39,152 bases of DNA from Basidioascus undulatus (lineage: Eukaryota): NCBI GenBank assembly GCA_000826855.1, contig JTLS01000037.1:1-39152 (forward strand). Direction: 5' to 3'. The notes beneath the pieces are model-generated. The model ran no database searches, was not told the DNA's origin, and worked only from the letters and a program-made list of their open reading frames with translations. Below are positions 1-13,665 of the stretch, in pieces (positions within the stretch are counted from its first letter, which is position 1; the number at the start of each line of letters is the position of its first letter). The position numbers and the translations under genes were made by a program.

Positions 1-645
1 GGGGGGGGGGAGAGACGGGTGCGTCGGCGGGATCAGGGACAAAGTCGGGACCGCGTTCGTGTAGTAGATGGTGAAGGCCGCCCCATAGAGAACTAACGCT
101 CTCCAATCAATTAGTCTTCCTTCACACTCATCCAAACAAGGGGAGAACGTAAACCACTCACATAACCCCCCGCCCTCAAACACCCACTCCGCCTCCCTGC
201 CCTCCCGTCCACCGAGCACGCCCATCCCCTTCAGGACGCCCAGCGCCATCGCGCCGATCCCTACGGACGCGACGCCAACGAGCACGCCCTGCATCCAGAT
301 GGGCATGGTGACGAGCACGCGGTAGTAGGACAGCGCGGTGGACAGTGACTGGGGCGTGGGCGTCTGCCAGAGCGTGCCATGGTCCGCCTAGAGGAAAGAA
401 GACGGTGAGGCTTAAAGAATCCGCGGGGGCAGAGGAAAGTGAAAGGGGAGACGAACGATCCAGTGTGTGAATATGAGACCTGTACGAGAGTTGAATCAGA
501 TGGGAGCAGGAGCGTCAGAATCACGGTATGCCCTGGGCAGATGGGAATTGCACGGACCGAGGAGGAAGGACGTAGCGCAGAGAACGACCGCCGAGCGGAC
601 GACCGACAGCGACGACGTGTTCTGGCTCGTCGGCGGGGGCGCCAT
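1..645 (-). CDS. SHR3: ER membrane chaperone for amino-acid permeases (Shr3 family), 3' end truncated by the window
   Basis: Exons 645-558, 479-457, 387-162 and 92-<1 splice in frame with GT-AG introns, giving MAPPPTSQNTSSLSVVRSAVVLCATSFLLGLIFTHWIADHGTLWQTPTPQSLSTALSYYRVL...EWVFEGGGLFLYGAAFTIYYTNAVPTL. This matches the remembered Shr3 pattern (ATxFLxG first helix, 'AL.(H/Y)Y', 'FE...L.LY...I...TN'). Confidence 0.88.
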
Positions 646-1617
646 TCTGGACGTTGAGCAGGCCAATCTGCGGAGTGCCGGCGAAAATCTAGCGAGCGAG
701 CGGGAGGAAGGGGCAGGCTGATGAGCGTCTGAAGCCAAGCCAACGTCGGGCGTTGGTTGGCGTTGGCGTCGGCGGCGCGCGGAAACCGGAGGAGTCAGCC
801 CGTCTTCTCGCTTCGCATGGGACTCTCTTTTCATTCCACTCACTCCCCGTTGTATAGACATACATATTGCTGTGACATTTGATGGCGCCTACACCCTGGC
901 AGCAGGGGCGCTGTCTGTGCGAGGCATTGTTCGGGCCACCGTTATATCTTAAGGCCAGCCACCCAGACTAACATCGTCTAACATCGCGTCCGTTGCATTG
1001 TTTGAAAGCAAAGGGGTGAAAAAGGGATATCTCACTCCATTTGAACCGACTCGAGCGTGAAGAGTACGCGTACGGAAGTTGCCTGGAGCGCGAGACAGGC
1101 CGTGTCATGGCCTGGTGGGACCGAACTCTGTCAAGGCGTCCTAAGAGAGAGATGCTTCGGAAAAATCCGTTCCGAGCTGGTCATACATTTGAATTGATTT
1201 AGTATACGAAGCCTTGGGAACAAGGGTCTACGCGGGAAACAATGGGCCTGGCAGCTAAGCCGCTTTCCAAAGGTGTAGATCCTGACAACCGAAACACGCT
1301 CGCGTGTCGCGATTGCCGGGAGGTACTTGACTTGCTTTCAGAGTATATAGCTAACCTCTCCTACTGAAGTGCATATGGCTAACGGACTCTAAGCATGGCT
1401 AGCTATAGGGAAGCTCAATGCCCGGCAGGGGCAAGCTGGGGCGCAGCCAGCCTTTCATAATCCCTTGCCCCCTTGCCTTACTCGCAGCCGCGGAAGCTCA
1501 GTGTAAGCTCCATGTGCGAATATATAAAAAAGTGCAGCCCGAGACCAACCCGCCACTCGTGCTTCCTTTCCTGCGTCCTCCTATCGTCGCCCAGAATTAT
1601 TCACTGCAGCGTATCTT

Positions 1618-2259
1618 TCAACGAATTCCCACACTCATCAAATGAGGCGTGGTCAAGAGGTGATTAAGCTCTTCCGTCCGGCGCGAATGTTGGTCGAGAC
1701 AAAGGGCATCACGTACAGGCGCCTCGGCGATACGACCCCGGCCAGCTGCGTCCGCGCCTCTGTCTTGCTCGAATTCCGGTTCGAGCTCGACGAGCGCCAG
1801 AGATTCTGTAAGTTGCTGTTCATACGTCTCAAACCTGCTAAGGAAATATGAGCTCAAGGGCTAGGGGGTTTGAACACAGCTTCGGCCGACCTCCTCATCA
1901 CGGTGGAGGAACAGCCCGTCGAGCTCGTGGATGTTAGCATTCTCATATCCGCAGCCCCGATTCTGAAGAGTTCAGGCTCGACTTCGTGGGCAAGGTCCCT
2001 CATATCCACTATCGCATCTTCTATGCACTCAAGGACGAGAACGAGACCCCGCCACGTCGCGCGCATTCTCTTTGATTTCGAGTCTGAGTCGTCGGATACG
2101 ACCTTCCCGTTCACCTTGCGCCTCTGCAAGCAGGTCAAGCTGGAGTGTTGGTTGACGAGGAAAATACTTCGGTGTCTTCCGGGACAAGGAGGCGGAGGCG
2201 TTCAAGCTCACTTTCGGCCACGCGGCGGAACTCGAGCTGGCTGCAGCGAATATGGACAT
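1618..2259 (-). CDS. Possible hypothetical spliced gene or gene remnant, acidic/coiled-coil-like
   Basis: Consecutive minus-strand fragments look protein-like (AQGEREGRIRRLRLEIKENARD; IHELDGLFLHRDEE; RFETYEQQLTESLALVELEPEFEQ), with some plausible splice signals. No complete model or family could be derived, and boundaries are approximate. Confidence 0.25.
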
Positions 2260-2674
2260 TGAGTTTGATATTCAGAGGTTGCTGTGGAGTGTTGGGACCT
2301 GACCAAGTTCAATTGTCATGTATCGAGGGAGAGGGAGGCCACACTACTGCACGGCGCTTTCATCTTCAGTCAGCACTTCCTGTCAATTTTTGCAGCGGCT
2401 CATTGCAGCCACAGGTATCTCAAGAACCTCTTTCAGAAAAGTAACCCCAAACTGGGAAGCAATGCGGAGGGCAGTGAGGAAGAGGTTACAGATTTGAAGA
2501 CTGGTGTTGACAGACGTGGACGGCCTTGACAGGTTGCCGCGGGAGAGATCCGTGGTCTATCCGGAAGACGTCCGTCTCTCGCTTGATGACTTCTCCCCTG
2601 CTTCGCCTCTTGCTCACCCTCATCCACATCGCGCCTTTGCCGCCTTGCACATTTATCTTTCAGAGGGAGAAGTC

Positions 2675-3471
2675 ATGGCGTCTACTTTCCTTGGGTTCCT
2701 CCGCCCATCAGCGGTCTCCCGAGCGGCCGCATCCTCAGCGCCCCGATCTTCCCCAGCCCTCCTCCGGCCGCTGAGCACCTCCTCGACCCCTCCGCTGCAC
2801 CCCTGGTTTCTGCCCCCGACCTCCCCCCCATCATCAACACCGAGCACGTCTATCCTCCCCTCCGCCACCCAGCCTCCCCCGTCCCTCCCCACACACCTCC
2901 ACCCGCTCCACTCACATCTCTCCACCTCGCCCTACCTCGCCCCCGAGTCCATCACCTGGTCCCATGCGAGCGTGACCCGCCTCTCGCGAGGAACGCTTGT
3001 GGACGAGGAGGGCGCACGAGACTTGGTCCCTGGCACGGACGAGGGACAGTGGGAGTGGCTCGCTTGTGTTGTCGTGCGCCGGGGGCTGGGCGAGGGCGGC
3101 GTGAGGAGGGTGTGCAAGGATCTGAAGGGCTGGGTGAGTGCACACTTCCCTTTAACATCTTTTACCCCAAGTGATGTTAATCCCCACCCAAACAGCTTCG
3201 CACCAATTCCACCGAACAGCACATCCACGGCCTCCTCCGGCGCTCGCGGCGCGGCCGGCGGACGAGCAAGACTATGTCTGCGACGCGGCGGCGGGACGAG
3301 GCGGCCGTCGCGGGGCGGGGAACGTGGGCGCTTGTGGAAGGTGCTGGATGTGCGGTAGGCGTGTGGGAGCGCGAGGAGGAAGCGCGCGGCTGGGGCGCGG
3401 TCGAGATGGGCGAGGGGCCCATTCAGCTCGAGAGCGGGTCGAAGGTGCTCGGTTGGGGGCCGGACGCCTAG
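2675..3471 (+). CDS. Predicted mitochondrial protein, probable RsfS/iojap (MALSU1/Atp25 N-domain)-like, about 244 aa
   Basis: Exons 2675-3133 and 3196-3471 (intron GTGAGT...AACAG) join in frame. The N-terminus is Arg/Ser/Ala-rich and lacks acidic residues, like a presequence. 'WEWLACVVVRRG' and 'TWALVEGAGCAVGVW' resemble the RsfS strands including the W-x-L-x-D-x-G motif. The gene model is solid; the family call is tentative. Confidence 0.6.
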
Positions 3472-3950
3472 GCGACGGAGACCCATGCAATATTCATTGC
3501 ATGAGTGATCGATTGTAGTGCTTTCACTTTGCGTGTTCGTATGTACCACATTGCGGTAAAGGCGCGAAACTGAACGTGCACATTCATAACGCGATTTGGT
3601 TCATGCGAAAGCAGCATATCCACTGGAATCTTTGGAGGCGAACTTATGGAGAGGAGTGATAAATGTTTCAGTTTCAGTAAGAAAGCATATCTACCCTGCT
3701 TCCACGTTGAATACTGCCGGCTGCAGGGCGGGGCTGCAAGCAACAATTGAGGCAGGCAGGCACGCGCCAGCGCGCCGCAGTCACGACCGGCTCACTCTCT
3801 CGCCGCCGCGTCTTCTCGCTTGCTTCCCTTCCACCAGCACCCCCACTTCCCTCCACAACACTTCCCTTGCCGACAGTCCAACAAACTAGGCCTGCAGGGC
3901 AGCCTCCCCCCCAGTCGCTCTTTCCCCCTCTCCCCGCTGCCGCCCTCAGT

Positions 3951-6900
3951 ATGCGGCGCCTCCTCGTCCTCCCCGTCCTCGGCGCGCTCTCGCTCCTCGG
4001 GCACGCCTCCGCCCCAGAAACACGGCGCCTCCCCCAGCCGAGATCGTACGACTCGCACGACTACTACGTGCTCGAAGTCCGGGATGGGGCTCACTCGCTG
4101 TCTGTGCGTGAGGCGCTCGCGCGCGAGCTGGACGTCGAGCTCGTTGAGCAGGTCGGCGAGCTGCGTGGGCACTGGTTGGTGAGGGCGCTGAAGGACACGG
4201 ATGGAGAAGGGCTCGAGAAGCGCGGGGAGGCGAGAGATAGGGTGATGGAACGGTATGAGAAGCTGTGAGTATTCTTGGTGTTGCTGTGGGAGATGGCAGA
4301 TGGACTGTGGAACGACCAGCTCATCTTTCTCTGTTCCCAGGCTAACCCGACAATCCTCATCCCTCTCCCCGCGCTCTCCGCACATCGCCGCGCTCTCTTC
4401 TCTGACCCCCCAAACCCCTCGTCAACGATACAAGCGCGTCCCGCTCCCACTCCCCGATGCCCCTTCCTCGCCGCCGCCGCCGCCTGTCGCGCGCGCAGCG
4501 GTGCCCGTCATGGCCGAGTGGGAGCGCGTCGCGGACCTGCTTGATATCCGAGACCCAATCTTCGGCGAGCAGTGGCACCTCATCAACGACCGCATGCCCG
4601 AGCACTCGATCAACGTCTCGGGCGTGTGGCTCGACGGACTCAAGGGCGCGGGCGTACCTGTCTGTATCGTCGATGACGGGCTCGACATGCACTCTGATGA
4701 TCTCGCTCCGAACTTTGTGCGTTCACTTCCTATTCTCAAACTATCTTTCCGATAGAACGCATCCTGACTTGAAACGGAACACCTCCCCAGTTCCCTGAAG
4801 GGTCCTGGGACTTCAACGACCACGTTCCGCTCCCCGAGCCGCGTCTCTCGGACGACCAACACGGCACGCGGTGCGCAGGCGAAGTCGCCGCGGCGCGGAA
4901 CGACGTGTGCGGCGTGGGGGTCGCGTACGAGGCGCCGATCTCGGGCGTGCGCATCCTGTCGGCGCCCATCTCGGACGCGGACGAGGCCGCCGCGCTCAAC
5001 TTTGCGTTCCAGCAGAACCAGATTTACTCGTGCTCGTGGGGTCCGCCCGACGACGGCAAGAGCATGGAGGGGCCCAGCAGGCTCATCGAGAAGGCCGTGC
5101 TCAACGGCGTGCAGAATGGGCGCGGCGGGAAGGGGAGCATCTATGTGTTTGCGAGTGGGAATGGCGGCGCGAGCGACGATCAGTGGTGGGTTGGTGCAAG
5201 AAACGCTGCTACCTGCCCCTGTTCATCTGAATCTGACCTGCTTCCTCAACGCAGCAATTTCGACGGCTACACCGTCTGTCTCCTAACTGTCATGCTCGAA
5301 GCCACTTGGCTTTGACAAGACTAACGCTGGCCTTCCAACCTACAGAACAGCATTTACTCAATCACCGTCTCCGCGATCAGCCGTGCAGGCGTGCACCCGT
5401 ACTACTCTGAGCCATGCGCGGCAAACCTCGTCGTGACCTACAGCTCCGGCAGCGGGGACAACATCGTGCGTTACCGCAACTCCCCAACATGCTGGATTTG
5501 CACAAACTGAATGCTTTCTCGTTTTTTACAGCACACGACCGATGTCGGCAAGGACAAGTGCACGGACCGCCACGGCGGGACGTCGGCCGCTGCACCCATC
5601 GCCGCTGGCATTTTCGCGTTGGTCCTCGAGGCTCGGTGAGTTCCACTGACCGCCTCGCCTCTTTTTTACAGTCCGCTGACGCAGTCGCTCCTCCCGCAGC
5701 CCCGAGCTCACCTGGCGTGATCTGCAGTACCTGTGCATCCACACGGCGATCCCGGTCAACACGGACGAGGCCGAATGGGAGTCGACGTCCTCCGGGCGGC
5801 TCTACAACTACAAGTACGGGTACGGCAAGCTCGACACGTACACGATCGTCGCAGCCGCGAAGGCGCACGCCCTCGTCAAACCGCAGGCGTGGGTCGAGGG
5901 CGAGGAGCGCCCCGAGGAGAGCGAGGAGGGCACGCCGATCCCGCAGGACGGCGCGTGGATCGAAAGCACGTGGACGGTCGACGCGGCGCGCCTCAAGAAG
6001 GACAACTTTGAGAGGCTCGAGCATGTTACCACTCGCGTGTGGATCAACCACCAAAGGCGGGGAGACGTCGAGGTCGAGCTCGTTAGCCCCAATGGCGTGA
6101 CGAGCACGCTCGCCAAGCCGAGGAGATTTGATGCGTCCAAAGAGGGCTTTGTTGGCTGGCGGTTCATGTCGACAAAGCATTGGTGCGTTCCTTCATCGCT
6201 CACCCTTCTCGGCGTCGGGCCCTCAAGACTGACGGGTGGATACCTCGGCGTTTCGCTTCACCGCAGGGACGAAAACCCGGTCGGAACGTGGACGATCCGT
6301 GTCCGGGACTCTGCGCACCCGGACAAGACGGGCAGCTTCCTCGGGTGGTCCATAAGCCTATGGGGCGAGTCGATCGACCCAGAGCTCGCCGTCCCGTACA
6401 CCTTCCCCGAAGACCGCGTTGCCGAGCCCGCGCCCTCTTCTACGGCGCCCACCCCTTCGCCCACGCCCGACCCGCCCCTCGTCCACTCCAGCTCTGCAAC
6501 CACCACCTACCAGTACGCGCGGCCCACCGAGCACCTTCCCGACGACCATGGGGACGCGGAGCACCACCCCCCGTTCTCTTCCTCCTCCCCCGACTCGACC
6601 TACTCACCCACGCCCGACGAAGGTTACATTGAGAACGAGTCCTCGCTCCTCCGGAACCAGACCTGGCTCGTCGGCGCGGGCGTCATCGTCCTCGCAGCAG
6701 GCGCCGTAGTCGGCGCCTTCTTCTGGTGGCGGCGCCGGCGGGCGGCGCGCCTCGCGGGCGGGGACACCGCGACGCGCGGGGGATACGCGTCCCTGGGCGC
6801 GGGCGACGCGGGCGACGACGTGTCGATGAGCGCGATGGAGCGCGGGGCGGGCAGCGGACGGACAAAGGAGCTGTATGATGCGTTCCGGTTGACGGATACG

Positions 6901-7197
6901 GATAGCGAGGGCGAGGATGGGAACGAGACGACGCGCCTGCATCGGCCGAGCCTTGCTGGCGGTGCAGCCACGCCGTACAGGGATGAGGAGGAGGAGGAGG
7001 AGCTCGCGTCTGGGAGCGGCCGCCGTGATGGAGGACGGTATCGGGACGATGAGGGTGGCGAGAGCGGCGCGGCGAGCCGGCAATCAGGCGCGCCCGCGGC
7101 GGCGGGGTCGGCAGCACAGGAGGGAGGTGGGGAGAGTGGGAGCGCGAGCACGGGCAGCTCTTGGGCAGATGCTGGCGAGGCGCTCAGGCAACAATGA
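3951..7197 (+). CDS. KEX2: Kexin, subtilisin-like proprotein convertase (S8B) with P domain and C-terminal TM helix
   Basis: Signal peptide MRRLLVLPVLGALSLLGHASA; prodomain ending RQRYKR; catalytic motifs IVDDG, HGTRCAGE, ASGNGG, HGGTSAAAP; NYKYGYG; P domain (LEHVTTRVWINHQRRGDVEVELVSPNG); TM WLVGAGVIVLAAGAVVGAFFWW; tail KELYDAF. About 7 introns. Confidence 0.97.
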
Positions 7198-7507
7198 TCG
7201 TTCTTTTCCTGTCCTCGCTTCTTTATATCTCGTTTGGCGCTCGCTTGCATGTTTACCTCGCTTGCTTGCTTTGTCCTGCGCTACACTTGCATCACACTCT
7301 TGCATGGATTAATAAGCATGTTCCTCGTCCGTACCAAGAGTTGCGGTACGCGGCAGAGAGGAGGCAAGAAAAGCAATAGACGTGAGAATATGATGCAATT
7401 ACAAGACATGCTGAACGGAAGGAAACGGTCGTAAGGGTCCTTGAGATGCGAAGGAGACCGGGAGTTATTGATGAGAATGGCGCGAAATGAAAGAATAAGA
7501 AAGGTAT

Positions 7508-9011
<1,504 letters not shown>

Positions 9012-9299
9012 TTAGGGGAGGTTCGAGGGTGTCTCCCGGTTAGCGAAGGATGGTGCAGTGAATGAGTAGAAGCGTAGAGCTGTGTGTGAGGATGAGCGGG
9101 AAGGCGATGAGACGCAGCAAGCTGAGACCACGCGAGAGAAGGCAGCAATCGGTTGGCAAGCTGCGGGGCGAGTTCCTCGGCGACCGGGTCCGCTGGATTA
9201 ATCGCGGAGTGCAGCACAGGGTCTATCATCACTTCAGACTCGCTTTCGCCGGACCGCAAACAGCTATTTTGCAGAAGATCCGTTCATCACAGCAGAGTC

Positions 9300-10812
9300 T
9301 CATCCCCTATTCATGGTGTTGCCGCTCCCCTTGCGGACCTCCTCCGTGAACCGGGCCCACTCCTCGCTCTCCTGCCGCTGTTTTTCCTGCGCCTCCTCTG
9401 CTGCCAACGTGCCATCTTGCTCCGTCGCGAGCTGCAGCGTCTCCTTCGAAGTAGGTGCTTCATAGCTTGCAGCACTGATCAATTTGCCAGCACCACGTCA
9501 GCTGAGAATGCGTGTACGAGAGCAGAACGTTGCGACGCACCCTCCGCCAGAGATAATGTTGCCCCTCGCCGCCTCCTCCTCGAGATACTGATCGATTGTC
9601 ATTGTAGGCAGTCGATGGCCGGCGCGGAATACCTCCGCCTGCAAGCGCTGTCGCTCAGCAGCTTGCGTCGACGGGAGGATAACGAAAGGCCGAAGTGGCT
9701 GCAAAATGAGAGCGTCAGCGGAGGGACGGGTAGTTGGCCGAGCTCAAAGTCTCATACCCTTCCGGAAGAGTCCATCAGCGACCCCCGCCCGTCCGGACCG
9801 CCCGGCTGCACATTGTCCAACCTCCAGCTCGCATCCCCCCGGCTCGCCTCCTCGCGTTCGCGCGCCCGCGCGTCCGCCTGAGAGTCCCGCGGCGGCTCCG
9901 GCGGTGCGCGAGAGAGCAGGTCGAGCTCCATATCGATGCTTCCGATCTGTGAAGCCGCCTGCGTGGCGAGAAATTGGAGAAGCGCGATCATGTAGGAGCG
10001 TAGCGGGCTCTCTTCGTCGTCCTCCTCGTCTTCGCCAGCCTCGTCTGAAGCCTTGCGGGAGGGAAAGAGGGGAGAATAGAAGTCTTCCAAAGAAGCGTCC
10101 GGGGCGAGAGCAGATTTCAGGTTCTGCGTATTATGTCGAGAGTGTAAGACGAAACTTGGCAGAGGAGGTCTTCAGAGAAACGCACGTCGAGCTTCAAACG
10201 CATCTCCTTCTCCCGCTTGAACTGGGCGATCTTCGCCTCCCTCCGCTTCGCCGGATCCTGTCTCAGCCTCGCCGAGGACGACTCCGCGAGCGGCACGGCG
10301 CCCTCGCCAGACGTGACCTTGTACGCCTTGAGCACGGACAGGAACTTCTCGTAGCGCTCCTGGACTTTCCGATATCTTCAGCTCCCGATCGCTCCCCAGC
10401 AGAGAGATAACGCACCTTCGACGTGTTCAGCCGCGCCGTCCGCTCAGTCATGTCCCCGGTCCGGACCCGCCCCTCCATCTCGCCGCGCGCATAGTCGAGC
10501 AAGAGGAAGCGCAGGTTCCCCGTGGAGAGGTCTCGGAGCTCCTCGTTCTCGGAGAAGAGCGAGAGCGACTCAACGTGCGAGACGATGGTGTTCAAGGAGC
10601 TCAGGCTTTTCTTCACTAATGACTGGGGGTAGAGATAGGGACGTAAGCTCCGTGCTCGCACTTCACTGCAGCAGGACTCTCGAGCGATCACCAGCTGCAG
10701 TGCTGCCTTTTCGCGCTCTTACCTGAGTCTTGTCGTCCGCTGTCGACAGATTCGAGGATTGATATACACCCTGAAGGGCCTGCTGAAAGAATTGCGATAA
10801 TGTCTGTGACAT
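9300..10812 (-). CDS. TAP42: TAP42/alpha4 (IGBP1) PP2A-family phosphatase regulator
   Basis: MSQTLSQFFQQAL...SLSLFSENEELRDLSTGNLRFLLL...DPAKRREAKIAQFKREKE...PLRPFVILP...VFRAGHRLPTMTIDQYLEEE...KGSGNTMNRG*. The LPTM(S/T)I and G.GNT.NRG terminus are diagnostic. Confidence 0.95.
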
Positions 10813-11025
10813 AGCGTATGATGATGGTCGAGCGCAGGCGACGACCGGTCGTCATCATCCGAGGTTGTTCTCGAGCTCGAGGCGCACGCAACTTGCTGAG
10901 TAAGCTCGCAGCCTTTCAAGATGCAGCGACCGTTTTCTCTTCCTCTCGTCATGGCATGCGTTGAAAGAATATCATTTCCATTCCACAGAAGTGCTTTCCA
11001 TCCTCTCTAAGGTACCACTGCCATA

Positions 11026-12985
11026 TCATGAGAACTTCCGCATGAACTCCGCCAGCGCCAGCATTGCCATCGCTTGCCCACTGGAAGAGACTAAATAAGC
11101 ACTCGAACGATGATGACAATAGAAGGTGTGGGCGCACTAAGGCATCGAAGTGCACTTCAGGTCCTTGTATCCTTGCAAAGTATCCTGGTCCCCGCTGTGT
11201 CAGTGAGAACCTTGGAAGGGCAGAGGCACATTGAGGCTGCTCACGAAGACGGGCGTGCCGAAACTGACTTGCTGGAGCTCTCCGTCCGCAGCGATGTTCT
11301 GCGAAAACATGCGTATAAGCTGCCGTGTTTACTGTTGGGAGACTTTGGAAGACGTACCTCTATGATGCCCTCGATTGCTCGCTCCGCGCACAGAGTGTAT
11401 TCCGGCTTGGGCGGCAGCAACCGCAGCCGGATGGCCTTCAGGATGCCGTAGGCGAAACCAGCTGCACAAGACGACTGTCGAGGAAGCAAAAGGTGTAAGT
11501 TGGAGAAAAATTTAACGTTCAATAACTTCAAGCTTACCTCAAGGTACGAAGTAGGGTCGTCCAGCAGCGTGTGCCAGAGGCCAGACTTGCTGTCCTGGTA
11601 CTTGACGAGGGCGTCCACCTGCGCAATGAGCGTCGACACGAGATGCTGCCTCATGAAATGGTCAGCCGGAAGCTGCAATAGCTCGATGAACTCCTGTAGG
11701 CGCTCTCAAGTTAGCCTCGTTCTTCTCCGGCATCACGGCTATCATGGGCACCGGGATGCAAATCGTGAGCCAGCTGTTGCCCCGGCCCCACAGTGCGTTC
11801 GCGAAATGATGACGGCCGTTGAAGGTCCAGCCGTGGAACCTGATGCTCAGATATCGCTTAGCCCCGGAAAGGTTTTATGAGCCTTGAGACGCACCAGAGG
11901 CCAGTCTTGCGATCCACGAGGTACTTGATGTGAACGAGGAACTGGCGCTTCGCCTCTTCCACATAATGCAGACGCCCGAGCAGCAGGCCGATCTTCGCCA
12001 ATGGCAGGACACACCTGGGCGAAAGAAGCTTCGAGGTTAGGCAAGCTCGTTCAGAAACACGCAGTTACAGCTGACATCATGAGCGTGTCGTCTGGCGGTG
12101 GTTCCCGAAGTCAGCAAGGGTACCCCTGAAGAAAACGACTGCCTCATACCCCATAGCTGACCGTCGTGATCGTCGACGTATGTCATGTGCTGTAAATGCC
12201 ACCGACCTTAGAGCGTTTGGCGTACTGAGCATGCGGACACTCAGCTTGGACTCACCTGCAGGCCACCCTCCTCTGTTCGAGGCATATCGTGGTAGACCCA
12301 TTCTGCCCACGCATCCAGATAGGGCAGGTACGTCCGATCCTGGTTGACTTCGTAGAGGTACGCGAGCGTCTATAAACCCCACGAAATCAGTATCGGTGCA
12401 CATCAGCATCTAATGTCGTGAACGGGAGAACTGGACAGCGTACCAGGAACGGTGAAACGGTGTTGACATTCTTGGTAGGCACGCCTTGCGCGAAGCGGTC
12501 GCGGAACCAGGAGGTCATGATCTCGTAGGCTTCTCCGTCTGCAGTTATCTCATGAAACTAGCAAGAGATGGTTGACCAAGCCAAGTGGAAGGAAGGCGGA
12601 AGATCAGGGCGCACCTTCCACATTCCGTAGAGGCCGATCCCATGCGTCCACTGAAGGCCAGACTCATTCAGTCCAACAGCTCCTCCAATGTAGCTAGAAC
12701 TCAACACAGACCTCCCAGTCGTTCCACCCCTAGCAAGCACAAAGGTGAGCTCCCGATGGACTGTACCTTGCGTGATGAGCACTTACCTTCGTGTCGATGA
12801 CCCGGCCGTCATCGAGCTTCAGCAGGAACTCCCCGGACTCGTCTTTGATGTTGACCTGGGGGAGAGATCAGTAGGGCGGCCAAAGTCATAGCGGCCAGGG
12901 CGCTCACGAGGTTGTGAATCAAGAGTTTCACCAACTCAGAGACGCCTGAACGAGCCAATGACTTGATCTGCTGCTGTTCGGCCAT
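11026..12985 (-). CDS. Glycoside hydrolase family 105 (YteR-like unsaturated rhamnogalacturonyl hydrolase), no signal peptide
   Basis: Spliced exons give NIKDESGEFLLKLDDGRVIDTKGWNDWEWTHGIGLYG...MPRTEEGGLQH...QLWDDTLMM...TGLWFHGW...WGRGNSW...SGLWHTLLDDPTSYLESS.AAGFAYGILKA...WGQAMAMLALAE, which are typical GH105 motifs. Confidence 0.92.
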
Positions 12986-13665
12986 CTTGACAGAGGAAGG
13001 TGAGGGCAAGGGTGGGTGCTCTGTGGGTGGGTGTGTGATCGATGGTGGTGAGGTCGAAAGATGGAAGACGTCTTCCCACAGACCTCACTGAGATGGTGGT
13101 CGAGGATGATGCTTGCGTTCGACTGCGCACAACGGATCGTATTGCGAAGTGTAAACTCATTCGGTCGAAAGATGCACCGACGCACACTGCTACTCGGGAA
13201 GATGAAAAGGGGCAATTTCCCAAGGCTTCCGGACCGCCAGCTCCGCGTGGACTTGCATGAGCAGCACCTTTACCCGTTTCAACTGTTGTATCAGCTGACT
13301 CAGCTTGCTAGGAAGTGCCAGTAATTGTAACCGTGACAGCGCAGTATATGTCAAGTCACCACTGTCCTTTGTGACATGTTTCCACTCGCCGGGCCGCTTA
13401 TTCCGGCCCTCTCTTCAAGAACACAGGATACTGAGAAAGTCAGGAGATCTGTGAGACTCGAAGTCAGGCACGACCCGATGCCCCGTCCCCGTCGGTAGAG
13501 CTCATGGGAATCACTCGGTGCAGCAATGGTCCGGACGGAGCTGAAGAGCTTTTATGTAGGCAGCACCAGACGTACCCCACGGTGCGCCACCTCTCACAAC
13601 TCCACAGTCCGCTCACGCCCTTACGAGAAGACAAGCGCGAAACCCTACCATTCAAGCGTACCAAG

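Noticed and set aside
1..10. G10 run at the window start
   Set aside because: It reads as Pro codons of SHR3 on the minus strand, or is an edge effect; it is not a telomeric repeat.
6604..7312. Several long overlapping antisense/alternate-frame ORFs over the KEX2 tail, and similar ones over TAP42 and PET127
   Set aside because: Shadow ORFs expected from high GC3; low-complexity Arg/Pro/Ala translations.
11026..12985. Recent bacterial horizontal transfer of the GH105 gene
   Set aside because: The gene is heavily intron-interrupted and has the N-terminal IKD..GEFLL.L.DGR.IDTK segment I recall from fungal GH105s, so any transfer would be ancient; a phylogeny is needed to say more.
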